A DNA stretch of 64,000 bases from Piscirickettsiaceae bacterium CG07_land_8_20_14_0_80_44_28. GTDB lineage: Bacteria > Pseudomonadota > Gammaproteobacteria > Thiomicrospirales > Thiomicrospiraceae. Location: contig PEWX01000115.1 in NCBI GenBank assembly GCA_002779995.1, positions 20,016 through 84,015 of the forward strand, given 5' to 3'. Made by a program: the position numbers and the translations under genes. Shown here piece after piece: positions 29,043 to 38,623 of the stretch. Numbering within the stretch: the first letter of the stretch is position 1; every line of letters begins with the position of its first letter. The notes under the pieces were generated by a model. That model was given only the letters and a program-made list of their open reading frames with translations, searched no databases and was not told the DNA's origin.

Positions 29043-31094
29043 CTACACACGACGGATGCCCGAATGTTTGAGCAAGGCTTCAATGGACGGTTCACGACCT
29101 CGAAAAGCTTTAAATAACGTCATAGGGTGGATTGAACCGCCTGCCGCCAGAATGGTATTTTTAAACTTTTGCCCGACCTCAGGGTTTAAAATACCTTGCT
29201 CTTCAAAGGCACCAAACGCATCCGCCGACAGCACTTCTGCCCATTTATAACTGAAATAGCCTGCGGCATAGCCACCGGCAAAGATATGACTGAAGCTATG
29301 CGGAAAACGCTGGTAATCCGGTGGGAAGACCACTGCAACCTCTTTTCTAACCCGGTTGGCCAATTCCAAAACATCCTCTGGCGAATCCGGTTGATATTGG
29401 CTATGTAATAAGAAATCAAACAAGCTAAATTCCAGTTGACGAACCATCATCATAGCGGATTGAAAGCCTCGACTTTGTTTTAACGCCTTAAAAAGCGCAT
29501 CAGAAAGGGGTTGCCGGGTATCAATATGAGCCGCGATTTGGTCAATGCCTTCACGTTCCCAGCAAAAGTTTTCCATAAATTGTGAAGGCAGTTCCACAGC
29601 ATCCCAGGGTACGCCGTTAATACCAGACACATCAAAAACTTCCATTTCCGTTAACATATGATGCAAACCATGTCCAAACTCGTGGAATAAAGTCGTCACT
29701 TCGTCATGCGTTAAACAAGCGGGTTTGTCGCCAATCGGCGGGGTAAAGTTACAAACCAAATAAGCAACCGGGGTTTGTAATTCGCCATGCAGATGCCGCC
29801 AACGACTGATTGCTGAATCCATCCAGGCACCGCCTCGTTTATTTTCCCGTGCATAGAGGTCTAAATAAAATGCTGCGATGGGCTGGCCGGCGCGATCAGA
29901 AATTTCAAAAAACCTGACGTCATCCTGCCAGACAGAGACACCTTGTTGTTCTGTTACCGTCACGCCAAACAGGGTTTCAGTGATATTAAATAATCCGGAT
30001 AAGACTTTGGTTACCGGGAAATAGGGACGTAACTTTTCTTGGGATAATGATAGGGTTTTATTTTTAAATTTTTCAGATGCGTAAGTCACATCCCAAGGTT
30101 GTAATTCTGTTAATCCCAGTTCGGCTTGGGCAAAGGCCGTTAGCGCTTCCAATTCTTGTTGGGCTTGTGGCTTGGATTGTTTCGCCAAGTCGGTTAGAAA
30201 GGTAATGACCTGTTCAGTGGAATCCGCCATCTTTGTTGCCAAAGACAGTTCGGCATAATTTTCAAAGCCTAATAATTGCGCTTTTTGATGACGCAATTGT
30301 CGAATTTTATCGATCAGGTCACTATTATCGTATTGGGGATCTTGTGCCATTTCAGATGCACGGGTAGCAAAGGCTTGATAAACTTCTTCTCTGAGTTCAC
30401 GGTTATCTGCGTGCGTCATGACAGCCGAATAGGACGGAAAATCCAATGTGACCAACCAGCCTGACTTATGTTGATAAGCTGCTTTTTGATTTGCTGCTTG
30501 CGCTAATAGGCTCTTAGCATTCTCTGGTAACCCCGCCAAATCCACTTCATTTTCAATAAATTTTGACCAGGCCTGGGTACTTTTCAATACATTATTACCA
30601 AATTGATTGCTTAACTGGGAAAGCTGCTGGGTTATCGCTTTATACGCTTGTTGTTTTTCAGCCGGTAAATCAATCCCGGATAGGCGAAAATCTCTAAGTG
30701 CGTTTTCAATGACCTTTTTTTGTGCCAATGAATAATGCACAAACGCATCGGATTGATGTAGTTGCGAAAATTTATCAAACAAGCCTTTATTTTGACCCAT
30801 TTGCGTATAAAAATCGGTAATCTGCTGTAAGCACTGAGTATAAACCCCATGCCATTCATCGGAATTTTTAACCGCATCCAAATGACCCACCGGCCCCCAA
30901 ACTCGCTCCAAACGATTGGACAGTTGCTCCAAAGGTTCTACAAAATTTTCCCATGTCGGGGTCACCGTATCGGCGACTAAGGCTTCGACGGCGGAACGAT
31001 TTTCTGCTAAAAGCTCGGTTATCGCCGGTTCAATGTGTTCCACGTGAAACGCGTTGAAATCTGGCAATTGGTCTGTATTCAGTAAAGGGTTCAT
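29043..31094 (-). CDS. prlC: Oligopeptidase A (M3 family zinc metallopeptidase)
   Basis: 683 aa. Has the zinc motif HEFGHGLHH and M3 family-wide similarity along its length. Confidence 0.95.
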   Translation of the reverse strand: MNPLLNTDQLPDFNAFHVEHIEPAITELLAENRSAVEALVADTVTPTWENFVEPLEQLSNRLERVWGPVGHLDAVKNSDEWHGVYTQCLQQITDFYTQMGQNKGLFDKFSQLHQSDAFVHYSLAQKKVIENALRDFRLSGIDLPAEKQQAYKAITQQLSQLSNQFGNNVLKSTQAWSKFIENEVDLAGLPENAKSLLAQAANQKAAYQHKSGWLVTLDFPSYSAVMTHADNRELREEVYQAFATRASEMAQDPQYDNSDLIDKIRQLRHQKAQLLGFENYAELSLATKMADSTEQVITFLTDLAKQSKPQAQQELEALTAFAQAELGLTELQPWDVTYASEKFKNKTLSLSQEKLRPYFPVTKVLSGLFNITETLFGVTVTEQQGVSVWQDDVRFFEISDRAGQPIAAFYLDLYARENKRGGAWMDSAISRWRHLHGELQTPVAYLVCNFTPPIGDKPACLTHDEVTTLFHEFGHGLHHMLTEMEVFDVSGINGVPWDAVELPSQFMENFCWEREGIDQIAAHIDTRQPLSDALFKALKQSRGFQSAMMMVRQLEFSLFDFLLHSQYQPDSPEDVLELANRVRKEVAVVFPPDYQRFPHSFSHIFAGGYAAGYFSYKWAEVLSADAFGAFEEQGILNPEVGQKFKNTILAAGGSIHPMTLFKAFRGREPSIEALLKHSGIRRV
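30567..30576. repeat. CCAGGCCTGG palindrome copy (exact), inside prlC
   Basis: Flanks are aaattttga / gtactttt. Encodes T-Q-A-W on the minus strand. Confidence 0.95.
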
Positions 31095-31191
31095 AAAAAG
31101 CTCCGCTAACGATTTAAAGTGGTCAATAACAGCGGTTGATTATACGCAATGGTGCAAAACTTTGGAAAGATTAAACACGTTAAGGGGGGGG

Positions 31192-33078
31192 CTAGGTCGA
31201 GGTTTGGTTGTGCTGAACAAGCTTAGCGTGTTTATTTTGATACATCGCCTGGTCGGCCTTCAATAACAGTGCATCAAGGGTGTCAGCATCCTGAGGGTAA
31301 ATGGCAAAACCAATACTCACATGAAGGTTCAAATTAAGTCCACTTTTTACTGCGCTGGGTTGGCAAATGGCTTCTTGCATCATCAAACAAATACGATCAG
31401 CTTCCTCTGGTTGGGTTACTTTGGGTAAAACCACAACAAACTCATCTCCACCAATTCGTGCAACTTGATCTGGATTCTCTACCAAAGCTTTTAACCTTTC
31501 CGCCAGAATCACTAAAACCTGGTCACCAACCGCGTGGCCATATCGGTCATTAATCGGCTTAAATTGATCGAGGTCGGCCGCCATCACAGTAAATCCGTTA
31601 CCCTTTGCCAGCAAGTCATGAATATTTTTTTCGAGTAGGTGCCGGTTTGCCAACCCCGTTAAGGCGTCATGATTGGCTTGATACATTAATTTCTGTTCGC
31701 TTTCGATTAAACGTTGGTTCACCAAAGCCAATTCCTGAGTGCGTTCTTGTACCCGAGTCTCGAGTAGCCGTTCATTTTCTTTGACCGTATTGATCATTTG
31801 CTGCTTAATTTGCAATGCCTGATCCTTGGCGAGCTGCTGCTGGTATTGTAGTTCATTTATCCGATCGGCCAATGCCATGGCCAGCAACAGCATCTCTAAA
31901 GCCGACCCAATCCAAAGCGCATTGGTGGTAAAGAAATTAGAGGGTAAAATTCCAACGTTATGCAATGCAATGACAATAATCCCTAATAATAACGATATCC
32001 AAGCCAATACAAAAAACCGACTACCAGGTTGTTTCAAATATAAGCTGATAATCCCTAATATCAGCGCACTTAAAGCAAAGGCAAGTGACCAAAAATTAAT
32101 CGCAATGGCAGCATAATGGTAATGCCCCAAAAGGGTCGTAGCAGCAATAATTGCATACCCAAAACTAAACAGGTACATCAATTTACTTAACCGAAATCGA
32201 TTTAAGGTCGCTAATAAAAACTGATGGACAAACAAGGCACCAAATATCCCCGACACTGCTAGTCCACCGGTGGGCATGAGATTTGCAAACCAAACAGATT
32301 CGGGAAAAAGAAATTGATAGGATAAACCCGACAAGCCAGACAACCCTAATCCTAAAAAGCTGATAAAAGCCGAATAAATTAAATAAATCCGATCTCGTAA
32401 TGAAAAGAAAATAAACAGGTTATAAACCAATAACCCTAACAAAATCCCATAATATAAGCTCAAAATTGAATAGAGGGTTTGATCGAATTGCCATAAGGCA
32501 TCGGGCTGCCAGAGTCTTAATGGGACGGTTAAAGTCCCCTGAGAACGCACTTTTAAATATAGCGTATAAGTTTGATTGGGGAGCAGTTGTAATTCAAAAA
32601 TGGGTGAGAAGTGTGCAAACGGTTTTTCATTGAATGCAATCGAGTCCCCACTGAATTCGCTATGAAATTGGTCATCTTGCTGATTGGCATAATACAGTTC
32701 GATTACATCTAAAGAAGGATGGACGACTTCTAAAAACCACCTTTTTGGAATATCTTCGGCAGTATCAAACGTCAAGTGCAACCATATTTCATCTTGTGTT
32801 AAGCCAAAATTGGTTGTTCTATTTGGGCCCACCGGAACAAATAAAGGTGCGATTTTTTCTGAGCGAACCGCCTCTAAGGTTAAAGACTCACCTGAATTAC
32901 GAAAAACTGAGAATTGTTGAGAAACGTTAATAGAAGGTTGATTTTTAAGTACCCATCTTTCCGATTCAGCCGCCTGAACTTCAAGGGCAAAATAACTGAA
33001 TAAACAAGACAATAAGACCCAGCTATAAAGGGTTTTAGTAAACAATCTATGGTTTAAAATAGTCTTATCTCTTTTCAT
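31192..33078 (-). CDS. 7TMR-DISM-type membrane diguanylate cyclase (GGDEF)
   Basis: 628 aa. Has a signal peptide, an extracytoplasmic domain, seven TM helices, a coiled coil and a GGDEF domain (RIGGDEFVVV, DLDQFKPINDRYGH). Confidence 0.85.
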   Translation of the reverse strand: MKRDKTILNHRLFTKTLYSWVLLSCLFSYFALEVQAAESERWVLKNQPSINVSQQFSVFRNSGESLTLEAVRSEKIAPLFVPVGPNRTTNFGLTQDEIWLHLTFDTAEDIPKRWFLEVVHPSLDVIELYYANQQDDQFHSEFSGDSIAFNEKPFAHFSPIFELQLLPNQTYTLYLKVRSQGTLTVPLRLWQPDALWQFDQTLYSILSLYYGILLGLLVYNLFIFFSLRDRIYLIYSAFISFLGLGLSGLSGLSYQFLFPESVWFANLMPTGGLAVSGIFGALFVHQFLLATLNRFRLSKLMYLFSFGYAIIAATTLLGHYHYAAIAINFWSLAFALSALILGIISLYLKQPGSRFFVLAWISLLLGIIVIALHNVGILPSNFFTTNALWIGSALEMLLLAMALADRINELQYQQQLAKDQALQIKQQMINTVKENERLLETRVQERTQELALVNQRLIESEQKLMYQANHDALTGLANRHLLEKNIHDLLAKGNGFTVMAADLDQFKPINDRYGHAVGDQVLVILAERLKALVENPDQVARIGGDEFVVVLPKVTQPEEADRICLMMQEAICQPSAVKSGLNLNLHVSIGFAIYPQDADTLDALLLKADQAMYQNKHAKLVQHNQTST

Positions 33079-33173
33079 TTAAATGCGATGCATCACAAAG
33101 TTTAATTTAATAATTTTCCAAATTATAATAGGTTATTTTGACACCTATTTAAACTAAATTGCGGTAATATTTT

Positions 33174-33758
33174 ATGGGTCAGGACAAGAAATTTCGCTGT
33201 TTTGGTAATCAACCAGGTCACCAACTCTATGCTGATTACCATGATAACGAATGGGGCGTGCCGGTTTATGAGGATAATAAGCTGTTTGAAATGTTAGTAT
33301 TAGAGGGTGCTCAAGCAGGTTTAAGCTGGGAAACGGTGTTAAAAAAACGTGACGGCTATCGCCAAGCCTTTCACCAATTCAATCCGGCTTTGGTGACCAA
33401 GATGACAGATGCTGAATTAGAAGGTTTACGCCAAAATCCAAATATTATTCGCAATCGCTTAAAGTTAACGTCTGCCCGTAACAATGCTCGCGTATTCTTA
33501 CAAATTCAAAGGGAGTTTGGAAATTTTGCAAGCTATCTATGGCGATTTGTTGATGATCGGCCGATTTTAAATCATTGGACAACGGCTGCCGAAATGCCAG
33601 CCACTTCTGCCATTAGCGATGCCATATCTAAAGATTTGAAAAAAAGAGGGATGTCCTTTGTGGGTTCGACGATCATTTATGCTTATATGCAAGCAGTGGG
33701 TTTGGTGAATGATCATCTGACCAACTGTTGGCGCTATCACCAACCCATTAAACCTTGA
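33174..33758 (+). CDS. tag: DNA-3-methyladenine glycosylase I
   Basis: 194 aa. Has YHDNEWGVP and EGAQAGLSW, and the Cys/His zinc-snap residues near both termini are consistent with Tag. Confidence 0.9.
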   Translation: MGQDKKFRCFGNQPGHQLYADYHDNEWGVPVYEDNKLFEMLVLEGAQAGLSWETVLKKRDGYRQAFHQFNPALVTKMTDAELEGLRQNPNIIRNRLKLTSARNNARVFLQIQREFGNFASYLWRFVDDRPILNHWTTAAEMPATSAISDAISKDLKKRGMSFVGSTIIYAYMQAVGLVNDHLTNCWRYHQPIKP

Positions 33759-33765
33759 GGTTCAA

Positions 33766-34185
33766 ATGAAGACTTTTCAAAGCACCCTAACCTTTCACAG
33801 CCCAAATCGCGGAACTTTTAATATCACCGATGAAATCAATCGTGTGATTGCTGAATCTGAAATCACCACCGGGCTTTGCCATATCTTTTGCCAACACACT
33901 TCAGCATCTTTAATCATTACTGAAAATGCTGATCCAGCAGTGCGGATCGACATTGAAAACTGGTTACAAAAACACATTGCTGATGGCGACGCTGATTTTC
34001 AACATCGTGATGAAGGGTCGGATGATATGTCTGGTCATTTACGCAGCTTACTGACTGAAACCAGTCATACGATTCCAGTCAGTCAGGGTTGTTTAAATAT
34101 GGGAACTTGGCAAGGTTTGTTTTTATATGAACACCGAACCGGTGAATTTAATCGAGAAATCGTGATTACGATACAAGGAACTTAA
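33766..34185 (+). CDS. yjbQ: YjbQ/UPF0047 family protein (secondary thiamine-phosphate synthase-like)
   Basis: 139 aa. Has GLCHIFCQHTSASLIITENADP and REIVITIQG, which are typical of UPF0047. Confidence 0.8.
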   Translation: MKTFQSTLTFHSPNRGTFNITDEINRVIAESEITTGLCHIFCQHTSASLIITENADPAVRIDIENWLQKHIADGDADFQHRDEGSDDMSGHLRSLLTETSHTIPVSQGCLNMGTWQGLFLYEHRTGEFNREIVITIQGT

Positions 34186-34188
34186 TCC

Positions 34189-34425
34189 ATGACATTACCC
34201 TTTTTTCAACCTTCACACTATGTATTAAAGGTTTCCGGTAAACATAATTTAATTTTCAAAACCAAACACAATGACATTGTTTACTTAAATAAAGTGGCTC
34301 AAGATCTAATAAACCAACCGGATGGTCACTTCACCCGGTTTGAAATACACCCAAGTGATCATGCAAACGGTGAAATGACCGAAGCCGAACACGGTATCCG
34401 TCCGCATTTATCCACTGAACTTTAA
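34189..34425 (+). CDS. Hypothetical small protein
   Basis: 78 aa ORF starting 4 nt after yjbQ. No recognisable motif. Its stop shares the tetranucleotide TTAA with the convergent kinase stop. Confidence 0.4.
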   Translation: MTLPFFQPSHYVLKVSGKHNLIFKTKHNDIVYLNKVAQDLINQPDGHFTRFEIHPSDHANGEMTEAEHGIRPHLSTEL

Positions 34426-36602
34426 CGAGTCGTGTTTATCCAGCGTTGGCATTTTTCAATGAATAATGTCCGATCAATCGGTTTGGCTAAATAATCATCC
34501 ATTCCTGCATTAATACAGACTTGCTGGTCTCCTTTCATGGCATTGGCTGTTAGGGCTATTACGGATGTTTTTACATTAATCGAGTCTCCTGACCGCAATT
34601 TTCGAGTGGCTTCGTAACCATCCATTATCGGCATCTGACAATCCATTAACACCAAATCAAACCGTTTTTCTGCTAATTTTTGCAAGGCTTCAACCCCATT
34701 GTTGGCCAACTCGGCGTTAATGGCCATTTTTTTCAGTAGCGCATTGACTAACTTTTGATTAACAATATTATCTTCAACGATCAATACACGCGCAGAGGGT
34801 ATTTGAGGATAAACAAGTTGGTTTTGACCGTCTTCAATATTGGGTTTTACCGGATTTTTGGATTCTATCCAATGTGAAATATTGGCAAATTTAATGGGCA
34901 ATAAACGGGTTTTAATGCCCAGTTTTTCAATGGTTGCTTGCCATTTCATCGCCTGAGGATAGGTCAACAATAAACTAAACATCGGTAACAGGTTTTTTAA
35001 ATCATTCAGTAAACTAAATGGATCGTCATATTGTTGCTCAATCACCGAAAATTCAATCCAGATGGCTGTTTCAGAGCTCAACTGTTTAGACGCTTCACTT
35101 AAAGTCATAACATCAACAAAGCGCACTGTAACCGCTAAGGACTGAAACCAATCAAGCCATTGTGAATGAAATTGCGGGTGATTGCTGACCCATATTAAAT
35201 TTTGCGGTCTGGTAAAAGGTGTCAAACAAGGGGTATTTCCAACAAATGAACATGGCAAATCAAAATAAAAACAGGCTCCCAGTTTATTGATGGTTTGGTC
35301 ACCGGTCTTAACCCGTATCTCAGAACCAAACAGGGTCAATATGCCTTGACTAATGGCTAATCCCAGCCCGGTTCCGCCATGCACTCTTGTATGAGAACCA
35401 TCAACCTGAGTAAATGCATCAAATAATTTCTTTAAACCTGCTTTAGATATGCCTGGACCGGTATCAGAAACGTTAAATAACAGGCTTTGTGGATCATCTT
35501 TTGAAACGGAAACTCTGAGGATCACCGAACCTTTTTCTGTAAACTTAATGGCATTTCCCAGTAAGTTTAACAACACCTGACGCAAACGAACCGCGTCGAT
35601 TTTAATAGCACTTGGCGTATCCGGTGTAATAAAGTACTGTAAATATAGTGACTTAGATTGTGCTGATGCGGCGACCATATCAATGGTTTTATCTAAAAAA
35701 GGTAAGAGTTCGGTTGTTTCATTATGCAATTCCAGTTTACCCGCTTCAATTTTAGAAAAATCTAAAATATCGTTAATGATCTCTAATAAAGACTCTGCAC
35801 TTTGCTTGACGGAAACAGCCAGTTCGCGTTGCTGAGGGTGGAGTTCTGAATCTATTAAAAGTTGGGTCATTCCCAACACACCGTTCATCGGGGTTCGAAT
35901 TTCATGACTCATATTGGCTAAAAACTGACCTTTTAGCCGGTTTGATTCTTCAGCAAGTTGTTTGGCTTTTTCCAATTCTGATATCAAAGATTGATTTGAA
36001 AGATGCAAATTAAATACTTGCTCAATCGCCGCACGGTATTTTTTGGCAGCTTGTTGTATCAGCAATATATAAAATCCAATGGCCGCTGCAAATACCCATC
36101 CTTGCGGATCAAACACCAACAAAAATCCGAAAAACAATGGCAAGACGGAAAGCATCAAAAAGCTGATAAAGTAGGATTTTATCGGCGACAAGGTTGCAAC
36201 ACTGCCGGATGAAATGCCGGCGATCATAATCGCTAGAATCGCTTGAATTTCAGTATTGTTGACTTCAAAAAACACAACCGTTGCTAATAACCAACCCAAT
36301 CCCGATAAAATAATCCAATAGAAATAGCGACGTTGGATCACAGTGACATTCGATTCGGTTAATTTCTGTTTATATGTAAATCCTTGATGAATTCTCAGCG
36401 CATTCACCAATATCATCAACACCAACCAAATCAATAGACTTGAAACCTCTACTAGAGAGAACAGCATCAAGCTAAGCAGCAGCGCTACCGCAATATTGCC
36501 CGAACCACTCACAAGCGTATTGTCTAAAACCAACTTTAAATTTTGTGTTTGCAACCACAGATCATTTTGATTCGAATTTAATCGCATTTTGTTATTGATC
36601 AC
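34422..36602 (-). CDS. Hybrid sensor histidine kinase / response regulator
   Basis: 726 aa. Has a multi-TM N-terminal sensor, H-box [11 protein letters not shown] and G boxes ([18 protein letters not shown]), a long linker, and a receiver domain ([27 protein letters not shown]). Confidence 0.9.
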   Translation of the reverse strand: MINNKMRLNSNQNDLWLQTQNLKLVLDNTLVSGSGNIAVALLLSLMLFSLVEVSSLLIWLVLMILVNALRIHQGFTYKQKLTESNVTVIQRRYFYWIILSGLGWLLATVVFFEVNNTEIQAILAIMIAGISSGSVATLSPIKSYFISFLMLSVLPLFFGFLLVFDPQGWVFAAAIGFYILLIQQAAKKYRAAIEQVFNLHLSNQSLISELEKAKQLAEESNRLKGQFLANMSHEIRTPMNGVLGMTQLLIDSELHPQQRELAVSVKQSAESLLEIINDILDFSKIEAGKLELHNETTELLPFLDKTIDMVAASAQSKSLYLQYFITPDTPSAIKIDAVRLRQVLLNLLGNAIKFTEKGSVILRVSVSKDDPQSLLFNVSDTGPGISKAGLKKLFDAFTQVDGSHTRVHGGTGLGLAISQGILTLFGSEIRVKTGDQTINKLGACFYFDLPCSFVGNTPCLTPFTRPQNLIWVSNHPQFHSQWLDWFQSLAVTVRFVDVMTLSEASKQLSSETAIWIEFSVIEQQYDDPFSLLNDLKNLLPMFSLLLTYPQAMKWQATIEKLGIKTRLLPIKFANISHWIESKNPVKPNIEDGQNQLVYPQIPSARVLIVEDNIVNQKLVNALLKKMAINAELANNGVEALQKLAEKRFDLVLMDCQMPIMDGYEATRKLRSGDSINVKTSVIALTANAMKGDQQVCINAGMDDYLAKPIDRTLFIEKCQRWINTTR

Positions 36603-36608
36603 TGAGCG

Positions 36609-38369
36609 TTATGTCCTTGTGGTGATATTAGGTTCCAGTTGGTAACGGGCAATACGCTTAGAAAGCGTGTGCAAACGCTTAAATGCATCGACCATTTGCA
36701 TTTCTAATCTAAAAACCATCATTCGCTGATTATCAGCCTTAAAATTTCGTGATTGATGTTCTAAAGCCGTTTGAATCAGGTGATCGATTTTTGATTTGAC
36801 TGATAAAACCACCAACGCCTTTTCTGGATTTTTTTCAATTAATGATAACAAGGCATGATCCATTCCATGCTCAACTTCTTTTGCTAAGTCCCCTAACAAA
36901 TTAATCATGGTTGGACTGGGTTGAATTTTATTTTCGAAAGCTTGATGTTTTGCTTGAACGATACCGATTTCAATCGACTCTATCATGGATTCAAGTATAT
37001 TCACCACACTAATGAGTTGCATATAGCGTACTTGTAATTTTTCATCCAAATCTGCGCGACTTATCTTGGCCAAATAAAATAAGATCTCTCCTTGATAACG
37101 TTTTAATTTGCCTAAATAAGTATCTTCAAGGGCAATGCGATTTAAATTAATAAAATCTTTACTATCAGTGCTTCTTTTAAAGAATCGAATATATTTATCT
37201 CGAAAGTTATTCAATTCCATCAATACCGCTTCCATTGCCATTTCCGGTGCTTGAATTAGCGAATCATCCAAAAATTGTGGCTTAATATCCCTTTGATTAT
37301 TTTCTGTTTCATTAATGGGAACAAATTTATAAACCACCCATACAAACACCGAAATCAACGGTAAAAACAAAACTAATGCGCTCAGCTTAAATAACGTATT
37401 TGCATTGGCGATTTCACGAGGGGTATTTTCAGCTAAGGTTTGCATGGTGATAATGTCGACCGGATCTGAGTGCGAAACCCAAATAGAAGCTGCCGCTAAG
37501 GCGCCAATAAATGGCAACCAAATTAACACCCCTAAGATATTAAAGCCCACATGAATTAAGGCAGAACGTACCGCATCTCGAGATTTTCCAATGGCAGCCA
37601 ACATTGCTGTGACACAAGTGCCAATATCCGCACCCATTGACAAAGCAATACCGGCCGGTAAGGTTAAAAACCCATTACCGGCCATAACAATCACGATGCC
37701 AATGGTCGCAGAAGAAGATTGCACCAATGCTGTAAAAATCAATCCAACCAAAATCCCATAAAAAGGATTTTGCATATGTAGCATTAAATTTAAAAACGGT
37801 TCATAAGATTTAAGGGGTGCCATGCCTTCACTCATTAAATTCATACCGAAGAAAATTAACCCCAATCCTAAAATAAGTTCACCTATATGACGCACTTTGC
37901 TCCGCTTGGCAAAAAACTGCATCGTAAACCCGACTGCAATCATTAACAAAGCTAATTTGGTGATTTTAAAGGCAACAATTTGTGCGGTAATGGTCGTCCC
38001 CAAATTTGCCCCCATAATCACACTGGCTGCCTGAGTAACTGTTACGAGTCCGGCGGAAACAAATCCTACGACTAACACAGTGGTCACAGATGAAGATTGG
38101 ATGACGGCTGTGACTAAAGCACCTGATAAGGCACCGGAAACTCGGTTAACGGTTAACGTGCTTAACAGATTTTTCATCTGTTCACCAGCGACTGTGAGCA
38201 AACCTTTAATGAGTAGGTCTAAGCCAAACAAAAATAACGCTAATCCCCCTAATAGGGTCATAATCATGGTTGTCCAATCCAACTGATGTTGAACATCATC
38301 CGCTGCAAAAGTTTGGCTAACAAAAATGAGTAACAAAGCAAATAACGAAACAGATTTAATGTGTTGCAT
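36609..38369 (-). CDS. Na/Pi cotransporter family protein with PhoU-like C-terminal domain
   Basis: 586 aa. Has duplicated QSSSxT motifs (IQSSSVTTV, VQSSSATIG) in a polytopic N-terminal half and a helical PhoU-like C-terminal half. Confidence 0.85.
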   Translation of the reverse strand: MQHIKSVSLFALLLIFVSQTFAADDVQHQLDWTTMIMTLLGGLALFLFGLDLLIKGLLTVAGEQMKNLLSTLTVNRVSGALSGALVTAVIQSSSVTTVLVVGFVSAGLVTVTQAASVIMGANLGTTITAQIVAFKITKLALLMIAVGFTMQFFAKRSKVRHIGELILGLGLIFFGMNLMSEGMAPLKSYEPFLNLMLHMQNPFYGILVGLIFTALVQSSSATIGIVIVMAGNGFLTLPAGIALSMGADIGTCVTAMLAAIGKSRDAVRSALIHVGFNILGVLIWLPFIGALAAASIWVSHSDPVDIITMQTLAENTPREIANANTLFKLSALVLFLPLISVFVWVVYKFVPINETENNQRDIKPQFLDDSLIQAPEMAMEAVLMELNNFRDKYIRFFKRSTDSKDFINLNRIALEDTYLGKLKRYQGEILFYLAKISRADLDEKLQVRYMQLISVVNILESMIESIEIGIVQAKHQAFENKIQPSPTMINLLGDLAKEVEHGMDHALLSLIEKNPEKALVVLSVKSKIDHLIQTALEHQSRNFKADNQRMMVFRLEMQMVDAFKRLHTLSKRIARYQLEPNITTRT

Positions 38370-38623
38370 AAATTAAACGATACCTTTTCTATTAACAGGC
38401 TTTGCAAACGCTAAGAGTCTGCAACTTCATGCCTTAATCTGACGAACTTGATGTTGCTAGAATCCACAGGGGGTAATCAAGGTGCCCAATGATTAATCCT
38501 AACTGAAACCATTTAAAATAGGAATTTAATTATCTATCATAATTGGCTAAAACATTGACTAAATGGGACTTTATCGGTATCTTTACGACTTATAAAAACC
38601 TTTTATAGAGATTACCAAAAATT

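Noticed and set aside
31184-31191. Homopolymeric G8 tracts (31184-31191 and 39163-39170) and a G7 tract (about 8255-8261) as possible phase-variation switches.
   Set aside because: The first lies just outside the GGDEF gene's stop codon. The other two sit in housekeeping-type genes (mrpA, MoxR) where they simply encode Gly-Gly or Pro-Pro. There is no contingency-locus context.
34422-34425. Convergent stop codons sharing TTAA (the small ORF 34189-34425 and the hybrid kinase) as a regulatory overlap.
   Set aside because: The upstream 78-aa ORF is itself uncertain. A 4-bp convergent overlap is common in compact genomes, and nothing else supports a function.
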